This document shows, piece after piece, positions 30,049 to 39,901 of a stretch of 64,000 nucleotides of DNA. Made by a program: the position numbers and the translations under genes. Position 1 is the first letter of the stretch; each line of letters starts with the position of its first letter. The notes beneath the pieces are model-generated. The model saw only the letters and a program-made list of their open reading frames with translations, ran no database searches and was not told the DNA's origin. The DNA comes from a virus, in the IMG/VR virus record IMGVR_UViG_3300033145_000274, positions 1 through 64,000 of that record; one strand, 5' to 3'.

Positions 30049-32296
30049 CAGAGGCACCTCCATAAATTTGTTCTTCATCACAGTTTAATGCAGCATAAGT
30101 AGTAACTTGAATCATACGAGTATCATCGACGGATGGTTCCACTTGTTTTGCTGCTACAATTTTACCATACAGAGCATCATATAATTGTTGACACTGAGCA
30201 GGAACGGCATGACCATTACTTAGAATGGTCTTTACGTGGTCAGCCGTAATGTTCTCATAGGGTTCGGTCCTACATAATACCGCAAACTTCACTCGTTCAG
30301 CTTGTTTGACCTGTTCGGAAGAGAGAGCACGCAACGATTTCTTGTCATAGTGCTTCAAAAGAATAGGAGTGACAACATCAGAAATTGCCGTCTGTGCTGA
30401 ACGTGCCCACACCATTGAGGTCAGATAGGCGGCGGTACTAGATGCCCCGGCGGGCTTAGGCGTGCGCGTTTTGCGTTTGCTACCATCTTTAGAATTCTTT
30501 GGACGCCCCTTGCTGGGTACACCCGATTTTTTTTGTGTAGCGGGAGGACCACTCTTCATTGCAGCGGTTTTCTCAGCCACCTGAAGTTGTTGTTCAAATG
30601 GACTATCCATGTCAAGAAACTCTTCAGGAAATTCTTCTGACATACCAGTTTGTTCTGGTGCAATATAGCCACGCTGTAAAGCCAACTTCATAAACTGGAA
30701 TACCTTCTCGGGCGCGTGCCATGGTGATGTTTTAGCCTTCATTAGCTTCTGCTTACGACGCCTTTCTTCGTAACGAGTCTTCATTTCTTCAAACTCGGGA
30801 AGCTCACCAAACCTCTCCACTAAAGTTTCCACGGAAATTACATCTCGGTCAGCCAATTGAATCAACAAGGCTTTTTCAGCAGCTTCGTCTGCTAACACCA
30901 TATTGTCAAACACTAGCTTGGCTCCCTTTTGAAAGCCCATAGCCTGACGCACTAATTCAATCTCCTGTTCCCAGAATGACCTCAGAGCATCGCGTCCATA
31001 TTCAAGGCGCTGCACCAATGTCTTCAGTGAAATATAATTATTGGTAAAACCAGCCGCAGTGGCAGCACCGGTCAAAGTAGGCGGCACCCCCAGGCCAGCA
31101 TAGATACTATTCCACACGGGCTTGTATTTGGCATCGCCAAGAAACTCATGTACGTTGGTTTGATAGTCTTCAACACTAAGTTCAGGACCCCAAATGATAT
31201 CAAATGCGCCACCACCGGGGTTAGACAATAGAATCTCAGACAAGCGTGCAATAGCCGCTTCGGTGGGAAATATAGACATCTCAGGATGAGATTCATTGAT
31301 ATGACCCAACTTCCAAATACGCACTTGGGAAATCGCCCCATCTAGTGCAGCCAGGTCGGCCAACTTCATTTTTTCCAGCAGAACAATATCATCCATGATA
31401 GCATATGTCATGGGGTCGGCCCATGATTGCCAGTCATCTTTTTTATAATAAAAAGACATGACCTTATCAGGGTCAAGTGGAATCACTGTATCGCCGCGCT
31501 GAATTGCTTCACGAATATCATCAGGAAGCATTTCCACCAAGCGTTGTTCAGCAACATTACGTGGATTATTAACTGATTGTCGTAATTTGAAACTGACTTT
31601 CAGGGCATACGCCTGTTTGCCAACGAACTTCGATAATTCTTCGCCCAATAGTTCAAGACTAAGTGGATTCAAAAAGTTATAGCGCAAAGGAATGTTACGC
31701 TTACCAGTACGCAATGGTTTATCTACAACCACATCAGGTTCCAATTTACCATCAGCCCCCATGGCACGCATACGTCGTTCATTCAATTGTGGCAGCTTAC
31801 CAGTAGTTCGCTTGATAACATTCATACCCTCACGGTAAAACAAATTCAAAAAACGCTCACACACGCGAGGACCAGCTACTTTTTTCCACCATCCACGATA
31901 AAATTTTTGTATACGAGGATTCGGATGTACAAGCTTCGCACCCTGACAACCAAAGTCGGACATGAGGTCCATGACATTACGAATTATACCAACCCTACGG
32001 TACGCATTACGACATGAGGCCAATATCTCTTCTGGTTTATGTGGAATAGATTCATTAGGTCGAAAGAACTCATAATCTGTACGAGTGAATTGATTACGTA
32101 CAGATGTATTAGTATCATAATTCGCATAACGGTCACGTGAACCTATAGCAGAAAATAACCCATCATATGCTTTCAACGCCCTGCCTGTCGCCATGGATAT
32201 ATCACCAGCAGAACCCGTAATAAAGGCGCCCTGTGCCGTATGAGCAGGAAAGTTAGTGGGCATGGAAGAAGGAGCTTGGGAGCGCTTTTTTGCCAT
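30029..32296 (-). CDS. Portal protein (~755 aa)
   Basis: Start MAKKRSQ with AGGAG SD; follows terminase; helical core plus basic low-complexity tail. Confidence 0.85.
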   Translation of the reverse strand: MAKKRSQAPSSMPTNFPAHTAQGAFITGSAGDISMATGRALKAYDGLFSAIGSRDRYANYDTNTSVRNQFTRTDYEFFRPNESIPHKPEEILASCRNAYRRVGIIRNVMDLMSDFGCQGAKLVHPNPRIQKFYRGWWKKVAGPRVCERFLNLFYREGMNVIKRTTGKLPQLNERRMRAMGADGKLEPDVVVDKPLRTGKRNIPLRYNFLNPLSLELLGEELSKFVGKQAYALKVSFKLRQSVNNPRNVAEQRLVEMLPDDIREAIQRGDTVIPLDPDKVMSFYYKKDDWQSWADPMTYAIMDDIVLLEKMKLADLAALDGAISQVRIWKLGHINESHPEMSIFPTEAAIARLSEILLSNPGGGAFDIIWGPELSVEDYQTNVHEFLGDAKYKPVWNSIYAGLGVPPTLTGAATAAGFTNNYISLKTLVQRLEYGRDALRSFWEQEIELVRQAMGFQKGAKLVFDNMVLADEAAEKALLIQLADRDVISVETLVERFGELPEFEEMKTRYEERRRKQKLMKAKTSPWHAPEKVFQFMKLALQRGYIAPEQTGMSEEFPEEFLDMDSPFEQQLQVAEKTAAMKSGPPATQKKSGVPSKGRPKNSKDGSKRKTRTPKPAGASSTAAYLTSMVWARSAQTAISDVVTPILLKHYDKKSLRALSSEQVKQAERVKFAVLCRTEPYENITADHVKTILSNGHAVPAQCQQLYDALYGKIVAAKQVEPSVDDTRMIQVTTYAALNCDEEQIYGGASDGSNSN

Positions 32297-32348
32297 TGAG
32301 ATTTCTCCTATAGGCAACGGAATTGGAATGCGAATTCATTTCTATTCA

Positions 32349-32359
32349 ATTATACACCA
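32349..32359 (-). promoter_or_regulatory. Putative late promoter TGGTGTATAAT
   Basis: Intergenic, upstream of portal gene. Confidence 0.6.
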
Positions 32360-32362
32360 GAA

Positions 32363-34471
32363 CTACCCACGACGTACCGCTTTGCCGTAGGCACCCGTGT
32401 TTATCTTCGACACCAAATGGTCTGGCCCAACATACATGGCGTTACCCACACCACGTGGTCCACGCCTTTCACCAGCATAGCCACCCACAAATGTGTGTTG
32501 AACACCTTCGAGTTTGTTATCCATCACACGAGCCACCATATTGGCCATAAGCAAGGCAGAATATCGGTCTTTACGTAAGCGGCCTTTCCGATTACCTGGA
32601 AGTTTCACTTCGGGAGTATCCCATCTGTCTCGACCACCAGTTGTTTGGTCATGGATAATAGTGGCCAATTCATCTTTGAGTTCTTCAATCTCAACAACAC
32701 AGTCCTCAAGGGTATCATGGTCTCGTCCATGTATTTTATCTACAGAAATGGCTTCACTAATAGTAGCCGGGTCAAAATACGGAAAGAGCGTGATTTTGCT
32801 CTCAAAGTCCTTTTTCATACCATGGTTGGCATCTCGGGTGAAATCAGCTTGCGCAAACTGCACCATGTGTAGGAGATGGTTACCGGCCTCAACATCCGTG
32901 GGTTTACCCGGTTTCTCCCACCAAAATACATCAGTATCTCCTTGCTTAATCCATGGCCACAAGGGGCGTTCTCCTCTGGTGGCGTCTAATTCATCATGGT
33001 CATGCAGTGCTTCCATGATAGCAATACCACCACCCTGGGTATCAATGGCAATATGGTTAGTTGGAAACACGCGCATCAAATCACGAATTTTACGAGCACA
33101 ATAGGTATAAAACGACTTACGTTGAGTTTTACCACTTTTTTTGATACGCTCACGAAGTTCTTGACGATTGATAGACCAGCAATATACAATACGACGATGG
33201 TCTGGGTGACACTCCAAAATGACTAGTGCAAAGTTGTCCTGTTCCGACGCTGGGTCAATACCATAAATGTATTCACAATTTGGATTGCCACGAACACCCG
33301 CCGAAAACTGCACATCACCACTCGGTAATCGGATGGGGTCCTTGCATACACACGCTTCAATCAAACTACGCTTAAAGAAACCGTCGCTATCACGAGTAAA
33401 ACATGCACCATATTCCATGTTATAGATGGCTCTATGCACGGTCGCCTTGGCCTGATAGACCTGGGTTTCATCCATAAAACCAAATGGTAGTTTTGGCCAT
33501 GGTATACGAAAGATACTAAATTGTTTCCAGTCGAAACCATCTGGTACAGCACCCTTGAAGATTTCTTCTAACTTGTGAGTATCACCAGCCGATTCAATGA
33601 TTTGTTTGTAGCGTAACCAATAATCGTAAAAATGATTAAAGGCATAGTATGCCGTACCACTTACAATGGTTTGGTTTCCAAAACCAATATCTACTTCATC
33701 CGCCTCAGCGTACATACCCAAAGATTTCAGTACCTTAATACGTGTCATGTCTTTAGAACGCCGTTCGGGACTAGCGGATACCGATGCAAACCCCTTAATG
33801 ACTACTTCAAAAATTTCTAACGGAATGGATGCAAACTCATCGGCAATAGTATAGTGAGCACGCAAACCACGAATCTTTGTACCATCACCCAATGGAATGG
33901 CCACTATCTCACTCTCTCCAACATAGAAATTACAGCGGTCCACATCACGCTTGGGACCTTCATGTCGTCCCTCTCCAATCATATTCCGTAGTATGGGAGA
34001 AGCACGCCAAAATTGTTCCATGTACTCAAAGAGAAGTTTGGACTGTCGAAACGCAGCACCAACCACCACCACCTTACTACCTTGATGAAAAATAGCACGC
34101 AACATGGCATATAGAGATAGAATCCACGTTTTGCCACCTCCACGAGTCGCTATTAACATTGGAAACTTACGCTTCCATAGCTCCTGTAAGATGGTCACTT
34201 GAAAAGGCATTAAACGAATGTTAAATAGCCACTTGCATGTGTAGTAGAAGTATTCAGGCTGGGACATAAAGTCCACAATTTCCAAGACGGGATTGTTAAA
34301 AAGAGCAGCCCTGCCTGAGTCCAATAACATATTGGGTACTTGGGACTCATCAAAATCAGGTGGCAAACCCATATATTCATTGTCAACCATTGCGTCAATA
34401 GCTTCAACAGTCAACAGCTTTTTAGAAATATGTAGTCTACTCTGTGGACTGGGCAGTGTTAACGTGGACAT
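32363..34471 (-). CDS. terL: Terminase large subunit (~702 aa)
   Basis: Walker A IATRGGGKT, Walker B TIADEF, RNaseH-like GIDPASEQD and DRYSALLMA; start refined by GAGGA SD. Confidence 0.93.
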   Translation of the reverse strand: MSTLTLPSPQSRLHISKKLLTVEAIDAMVDNEYMGLPPDFDESQVPNMLLDSGRAALFNNPVLEIVDFMSQPEYFYYTCKWLFNIRLMPFQVTILQELWKRKFPMLIATRGGGKTWILSLYAMLRAIFHQGSKVVVVGAAFRQSKLLFEYMEQFWRASPILRNMIGEGRHEGPKRDVDRCNFYVGESEIVAIPLGDGTKIRGLRAHYTIADEFASIPLEIFEVVIKGFASVSASPERRSKDMTRIKVLKSLGMYAEADEVDIGFGNQTIVSGTAYYAFNHFYDYWLRYKQIIESAGDTHKLEEIFKGAVPDGFDWKQFSIFRIPWPKLPFGFMDETQVYQAKATVHRAIYNMEYGACFTRDSDGFFKRSLIEACVCKDPIRLPSGDVQFSAGVRGNPNCEYIYGIDPASEQDNFALVILECHPDHRRIVYCWSINRQELRERIKKSGKTQRKSFYTYCARKIRDLMRVFPTNHIAIDTQGGGIAIMEALHDHDELDATRGERPLWPWIKQGDTDVFWWEKPGKPTDVEAGNHLLHMVQFAQADFTRDANHGMKKDFESKITLFPYFDPATISEAISVDKIHGRDHDTLEDCVVEIEELKDELATIIHDQTTGGRDRWDTPEVKLPGNRKGRLRKDRYSALLMANMVARVMDNKLEGVQHTFVGGYAGERRGPRGVGNAMYVGPDHLVSKINTGAYGKAVRRG

Positions 34472-34928
34472 GTTCAATGGTCCTCTTAAAGATATTAGAT
34501 GCCACCTCTTTGCCATTAGCTCCACACAAAACAATATGCACACGATGGTCACACATCATCTCGGTCATTCTCTTTAGAATAAATGGACCACGAAATTTAA
34601 GATAGCGCCATTTGGATTTGGGAATACCAGAACCGACTGGATAATTCAACACGTCGGTCATATTAAACTCCAGCAAAATCCACGGATGCTGGATACCATC
34701 CAGGCGTTCAAGTTCGCGTTGAAAACGTGCTTCCGTAACGTTCTTAGCCCATTCAGAAATACTTCCTTTACGTTCAATAGCCAGAAAATTTTCCATACCC
34801 TCAAGAGTATAATCCCCAGTATCCAATTTGCGCGTATGAGTACCAGCACAATACTTAGACTTCTTCCAAGTCCAACCCTGGTCGGTTTTTTCACGTGTGT
34901 CACGTAATACTACATACTGCGAATCCAT
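34437..34928 (-). CDS. ERCC4-type PD-(D/E)xK nuclease (163 aa)
   Basis: DTREK..LDTGDYT..IERK signature. Confidence 0.85.
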   Translation of the reverse strand: MDSQYVVLRDTREKTDQGWTWKKSKYCAGTHTRKLDTGDYTLEGMENFLAIERKGSISEWAKNVTEARFQRELERLDGIQHPWILLEFNMTDVLNYPVGSGIPKSKWRYLKFRGPFILKRMTEMMCDHRVHIVLCGANGKEVASNIFKRTIEHVHVNTAQSTE

Positions 34929-36086
34929 TTATTCATTCCTAATCTTTAATTGCGCTATGTCGGCCGTAACCATGTCTGTAACCAATTGATTAAATGCTAT
35001 TTGTGGTTCCCAGCCCAGCACATTCTGAATCTTATCTGTCTTGCCCTGTAAATGAGGCACTTCTGCGGGTCGTATGAATTCTGGGTCTACGTAGATATAA
35101 TCCTTATAATCCAACTTCATATGGTCAAACACACTAAATGCGCACTCACAAAAATCACGCACACTATGAGACTTACCAGTGGCCACCACATAATCATCTG
35201 GGGTGTCATGTTGAAGCATCATATGCATGGCGCGTACATAATCCTTGGCGTGACCCCAATCACGAGAAGCATCCAGGTTTCCCAGTCGTAATTTGGGGAA
35301 AGAATCCATATCACAGTAAATTTTATACTGAACGGCATTACAAGAAAAGTCCTTATAAGAAGATGCCCCCACTTTGCTTATCCATTGTTGAAACTCTGCA
35401 ACCCACTTAGTAATTTTTCTAGTCACAAAGTTTTCGCCACGCCGTGGGCTTTCATGATTAAACAAAATACCACAACATCCAAATAGACCATAGGCATCAC
35501 GATACAAATTGACAGCTTGGTGCGCAGCCACCTTGGCTATGGCATATGGACTACGCGGATTCAACGGCACGGATTCATCCTGAAACATAATGGTTTCCGT
35601 TTTTTGCGGCCCACCACCAATCATCAGTGGACCAACACGCCGTGTAATAGAGTGGTAATTGTCACCAAACATCTCACTAGTAGACGCCTGATAAAAACGA
35701 GTAGTATCAATATATCCATTTTGGCGTATAGCTTCCAAAAGATTTAACACACCCATAGCCGTACTATCCCAGGTTGCCAACGGCTGTTGAAAACTAGTGC
35801 CCACATGACTCTGGGCCGCCAGATTATATATCTCGTCCGGAGGACTACCAAAGTGTTGTGTAGCCCACGTCAAAACACCAGACATAGATGCATAATCAGT
35901 AATGTCACCTTCCATCAGACGAAATCTTGCGTTATCCATTACACCAGCCAGGCGTTCCGTCGTGTCTGTACTAGAACGCCGTTTCACACCCAGGACCTTA
36001 TAACCCTCAGCTAATAGTAATTCCGATAGATACGAACCATCTTGTCCAGTCACGCCAATAATAATAGCTGACTTATTCTTCATCAT
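34929..36086 (-). CDS. gmd: GDP-mannose 4,6-dehydratase
   Basis: GVTGQDGSYL, NLAAQSHV, FYQASTSEMFG, PRSPYAIAK, LFNHESPRRGENFVTRKI, LGNLDASRDWGHA. Confidence 0.95.
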   Translation of the reverse strand: MMKNKSAIIIGVTGQDGSYLSELLLAEGYKVLGVKRRSSTDTTERLAGVMDNARFRLMEGDITDYASMSGVLTWATQHFGSPPDEIYNLAAQSHVGTSFQQPLATWDSTAMGVLNLLEAIRQNGYIDTTRFYQASTSEMFGDNYHSITRRVGPLMIGGGPQKTETIMFQDESVPLNPRSPYAIAKVAAHQAVNLYRDAYGLFGCCGILFNHESPRRGENFVTRKITKWVAEFQQWISKVGASSYKDFSCNAVQYKIYCDMDSFPKLRLGNLDASRDWGHAKDYVRAMHMMLQHDTPDDYVVATGKSHSVRDFCECAFSVFDHMKLDYKDYIYVDPEFIRPAEVPHLQGKTDKIQNVLGWEPQIAFNQLVTDMVTADIAQLKIRNE

Positions 36087-36306
36087 TATCCTCCACATCT
36101 ACTGGTGGTAATATGTCACCTAGATACTCACCAACCGCGTGCGTATCTTCTTGAGACACCACCTCTGGTACAGTAACTATTTCAAATGACCTAGCCGGAG
36201 GCGGTGGGGGAGGTGGCGCAGGCCGATTACTAACATTGAAATTAGCAATAGAGCTTTTATCCACCGTACCAATGGGCTTATTTTTGTTCATTCTGAAGTC
36301 TGTCAT
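36073..36306 (-). CDS. Small proline-rich protein (77 aa)
   Basis: Start MTDFRMNK with AAGGAG SD; poly-Pro tract. Confidence 0.6.
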   Translation of the reverse strand: MTDFRMNKNKPIGTVDKSSIANFNVSNRPAPPPPPPPARSFEIVTVPEVVSQEDTHAVGEYLGDILPPVDVEDNDEE

Positions 36307-37111
36307 CTTGCAATTCTCCTTCTGGTGATAAAAACGGTTTGTCCATGATGCCATCCTCGAACTCCATGACCTCATTCCAATCATCGCGTGTAATCTGGGC
36401 AGCCATCTTCATTTTCTCTGCTTGATGCCCCTCTTTAACACGACTACGATGTATGTCCAATTCCTTAACAAGTTCAAAAAAGTTATGCCGGCTCTCTTCA
36501 ATCTGCTTAAAACGTTGGTCACGTGAACCTTTTAGGTCACGCAACTTGGCGTCTTTACGCGCCTGATAATCTAAATGTTGTTTGGCCATGGTTAATTTAG
36601 CCGCAGACAGAGAATTAACCTGTGTCTTCCAAGCATTCAAGCTCAAAGCATCGCGGTCCTCAAAAGCCTTGTCCTCTTCCGTAACAATCACCTTTTCAAG
36701 CTCATCCATTAAACGCATGGCATTAGTTTGAGCCGCAATGGCACGCTGAGAAAATATATCAAGCATAATCAGGTCTTTCATCATCAACTCATCTGTAGCT
36801 ACAATATCAGATGAAGACACAAGTTGATTACTATACGACGCCCACGATTGTTCAAAAAACCCAACTTCTGACCCCATAAGGCCCTTTTTTATTTCCACCC
36901 AAAAAATACTTGCATGAAGGCGTGCAACCCAATCACTCTGTTCAATGGTTCGTTCTACAGTCGGTAGGGCCGCTATCTGCCTACGTACTGCATCTTCAGT
37001 ACGCCGCAACTTCATCGCAATTTCCGCCACGGTCATTGTTTCATGATTGGCAGCCACGTATTCTTGCTCAGACCTACTAATCTTACCACGTTTCTTGGTC
37101 GTCGTCGTCAT
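36278..37111 (-). CDS. HTH/coiled-coil protein, candidate terminase small subunit (277 aa)
   Basis: N-terminal HTH-like (MTVAEIAMKLRRTEDAVRRQI), helical body, upstream of terL. Confidence 0.5.
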   Translation of the reverse strand: MTTTTKKRGKISRSEQEYVAANHETMTVAEIAMKLRRTEDAVRRQIAALPTVERTIEQSDWVARLHASIFWVEIKKGLMGSEVGFFEQSWASYSNQLVSSSDIVATDELMMKDLIMLDIFSQRAIAAQTNAMRLMDELEKVIVTEEDKAFEDRDALSLNAWKTQVNSLSAAKLTMAKQHLDYQARKDAKLRDLKGSRDQRFKQIEESRHNFFELVKELDIHRSRVKEGHQAEKMKMAAQITRDDWNEVMEFEDGIMDKPFLSPEGELQDDRLQNEQK

Positions 37112-37712
37112 TTAACATATCTCCAATAATGCTTCGCACAGACGCCACCACCGCATCTTGCTTTGACTTACTCAAGCGAGCGCCATCAAGCAAGCGCATG
37201 TAATCGGCTCTAAGCTCCAATGGTATCTCATCAGAAACACATTGCAACAATTCAGCACGCGATATATGTGTAAATACATCGAGGTCATCAGATGGGATAA
37301 CGTGAGCAACTTTAGAAGCATCGCATGACTCCACTAAACTACGTTTGGCTTGATTACGATAGTACCACCCAGACCATTTAGCACACTCATTCTTATCCTC
37401 AAATTCTACACAACAAGTTTTGTCGGATGAGTTGACGAAACCACAAGATAAGCAAGGAGGTGAGTTCCTGTGCAATTTATTACGTCGTAGGTTGATGAAC
37501 TGATTTCTCACGCACACGCGGAGAAATGTCTTTAGGGAGCAGCCCTTGTCTGGGAGGAAGCTCGGAAGGGCTTCTGTTGCAAATATAAATCCTTCTTGAC
37601 GTAGGTCATCTTCATCATAGTATCCAAAACAAAAATTAGATACAAGACCATTGACGGCATTATATATGTCGTCCAAAACTTGTTGTTCGGTATAGCCTTC
37701 GGGAATATACAT
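37083..37712 (-). CDS. Phage sigma70-family factor with Cys-rich insertion (209 aa)
   Basis: Region 2 motif DEDDLRQEG...SFLPDKGCSLKTFLRVCVRNQFINLRR. Confidence 0.8.
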   Translation of the reverse strand: MYIPEGYTEQQVLDDIYNAVNGLVSNFCFGYYDEDDLRQEGFIFATEALPSFLPDKGCSLKTFLRVCVRNQFINLRRNKLHRNSPPCLSCGFVNSSDKTCCVEFEDKNECAKWSGWYYRNQAKRSLVESCDASKVAHVIPSDDLDVFTHISRAELLQCVSDEIPLELRADYMRLLDGARLSKSKQDAVVASVRSIIGDMLNDDDDQETW

Positions 37713-37829
37713 TAGTCTTCATCATCCGCTTCACTTATAAACAGATTTACATAAGTGGTGGTCTCGTCAGCTTTAGACTGCTTGTAAAGACCTACGATTA
37801 CCCAGTGGGCTAACCGGGGGGTTTCTCTA

Positions 37830-38072
37830 TCAACATTCTCCATGACATCCACCTCTCTTGCTTACTTGTGGAACCATCTCGGCATCGGCTTCTATATCAA
37901 CGTCAAAATCAAAGAACTCTATTTGGAGTCGATTGCCCTTGGCGTTACAGTCCATAAATAGTGAAGTAATGCCCTGAATTAGCTTACCTGTTTCGACATC
38001 CACTACCTCAATAGTGTCGTTTGAATCGGGGGCACAGCTAGGGTTTGCGCAGCTTTGGACTTTTATCCTCAT
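37830..38072 (-). CDS. Hypothetical protein (80 aa)
   Basis: Start MRIKVQS with GGAGG SD. Confidence 0.6.
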   Translation of the reverse strand: MRIKVQSCANPSCAPDSNDTIEVVDVETGKLIQGITSLFMDCNAKGNRLQIEFFDFDVDIEADAEMVPQVSKRGGCHGEC

Positions 38073-38259
38073 CGTCGTCCTCCGTTGTGGGTGCGAAGCC
38101 CCACTCTTTTGTGTTGCCAACAATAGCAGCTTGGGCAGCCTCGGTTTCTGGGTCGAGAATTTTTAAGTCGTCTTCGACTGCTTGCTTGACATTTTCGTCC
38201 CCTTGCGTGTATAACAAAGAGGGGATAAGTGGTGGTTTGGTCTCACTATCGTTCGACAT
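38038..38259 (-). CDS. Acidic hypothetical protein (73 aa)
   Basis: AGGAG SD; GTGTGTATAAT promoter-like site at 38304-38314. Confidence 0.65.
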   Translation of the reverse strand: MSNDSETKPPLIPSLLYTQGDENVKQAVEDDLKILDPETEAAQAAIVGNTKEWGFAPTTEDDDEDKSPKLRKP

Positions 38260-38345
38260 ACTAATCTCCTAGTTTGAACTCGGTTTGTGCGAAGCACCAC
38301 TTTATTATACACACTAACACAGTGATTTTTCAAGGAGAATCGAAA

Positions 38346-38573
38346 ATGAATCAGATTTGGAGTCCAATTGAGGAGCAATTCATTAGAGACAATGCCGATA
38401 TCGTAACTGATGAAGTAGGCGCCGCTCAGCTTAGTGCGATAGTAGGCCGTCCTATCAGTATTTATGCCTGGCGGAAAAAGAGGCAGAAGATGGGGTTACA
38501 CAAAGCTCCGGGGAGGGGCGTTTGTAAGGTATTGCAGCAACACCAGCCCATGGCTATGAGGAGAGTAGTATGA
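38346..38573 (+). CDS. Small HTH (Myb/SANT-like) protein (75 aa)
   Basis: AAGGAG SD; WSPIEEQFIRDN..LSAIVGR..RKKRQKMGL pattern. Confidence 0.6.
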   Translation: MNQIWSPIEEQFIRDNADIVTDEVGAAQLSAIVGRPISIYAWRKKRQKMGLHKAPGRGVCKVLQQHQPMAMRRVV

Positions 38574-38833
38574 GAGAACCGAGGTTGTTTAGAGGGCCCA
38601 ACAAAGAGGTTCTGACTGTCGATGTAACGCTATTGCACTTTGGCTTGTGTAAGTGCAGAAGTATTGCAGAAGCGGCTCTAGCGCAAGAGTCAGAACAAGC
38701 TGATATGACGGTTGTGCTGGAGGAAATCATAGATACAGTTCAGACGACCATGCATGATATTGAAGACAGTGCGATGTTGGATGAAGTTCAAGCACTGTTA
38801 GCAGGGGCAGAGGGGGCAAAAGTGGCGGTTTGA
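38570..38833 (+). CDS. Hypothetical protein (87 aa)
   Basis: ATGA overlap with upstream gene, GAGGAG SD. Confidence 0.65.
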   Translation: MREPRLFRGPNKEVLTVDVTLLHFGLCKCRSIAEAALAQESEQADMTVVLEEIIDTVQTTMHDIEDSAMLDEVQALLAGAEGAKVAV

Positions 38834-39478
38834 TTCAGAAGTAGTGGCGGTTATTTCTGAAAATAAAAAGTAGTCGTTTGAATTCTTTGGGGGCTTGCTG
38901 CTTTTGCACCCCCCGCGCCCAGCCGGGGGGTATGTACCCCCCCCACCCTCCATTTATACTAACCCCCCTAGGGTTCCCCCCTCCCCCTTACCCAACCCCC
39001 TCCTCCGGGCTATCGACCCCCTCTGGGTATGTACTCACTCGGGACTACTTCCCCCCTCTACGTGAGTATCTCTCTGTGGTGTGCCATCCCCTCTCGATGC
39101 GTACCACTGTGGTATTAGCTTAGAGTACACCGTACCCTATAGCAAATCCCATGCCAATCAAAAACACCGTTTCCCCCCTCCGATGGTTCCCAACGATTTT
39201 CCAACCAGGGTAAAATCAACCTAACATGTTGCAGCGAACCAACTTAGGTACTCCATACTTCTGGGGGGTGCTGCTCTGAAAGCGGGGGGTGGGGTGATTC
39301 GGAGGGAAGAAAAACACCGAAAGAAAGATTCTCGAAAGATTTTAACCCGTTGCTACCAAACGGGTTACGACACAAGATGATTCTAGCTTGTTTCCAAGCT
39401 TAGAATAACCGATACAATACAAGGGCGGGCCGACAAAGGCTCGGAACACAACACCACCACAAACCGAAAGGGAACACA
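38834..39478. other. Non-coding C-tract-rich switch region between late and early arms
   Basis: No credible ORF; dense C5-C9 runs at 38908-39060. Confidence 0.6.
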
Positions 39479-39826
39479 ATGGCAACCACTACCACTAACA
39501 CACGCAAACTACGGGAAGCTATCTCGGAACTATCGACGGGTTCCGTTACACACACCCTACAGGCCAAACGTGCCCTCCCCAAACGTAGTACGTACTACGA
39601 AAACGTAGCTGAGTGGCACAACCTGTTGGAGGGGGTACTGGAGAATTATGGGTATACTACCGAAGAACCCTGTCCTGCCATTCACACCGACTATGGGCGG
39701 GGTGTTGCCACCCTAGTCATCGACCCCGCCATGGCCAGCCACACCCCCGTACGGGTGTCTTACATCCACTATCAGTGGTATCGGATGCCGTCCCTACGGT
39801 GGGAAGTAGTCTGTTACCCCGCATGA
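39479..39826 (+). CDS. Early hypothetical protein (115 aa)
   Basis: AAGGGA SD, first gene of plus-strand arm. Confidence 0.65.
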   Translation: MATTTTNTRKLREAISELSTGSVTHTLQAKRALPKRSTYYENVAEWHNLLEGVLENYGYTTEEPCPAIHTDYGRGVATLVIDPAMASHTPVRVSYIHYQWYRMPSLRWEVVCYPA

Positions 39827-39901
39827 GGGGTGTACTGCCTAGCCCCCTTGCGAGGGGGCCTGGTTGTACTGTTTTTCAACCCCTCTCAAGGAGTACGAGT
39901 T

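Noticed and set aside
38878-39123. 81-aa Pro-rich ORF
   Set aside because: Artefact of C-tracts; TTG start, no SD
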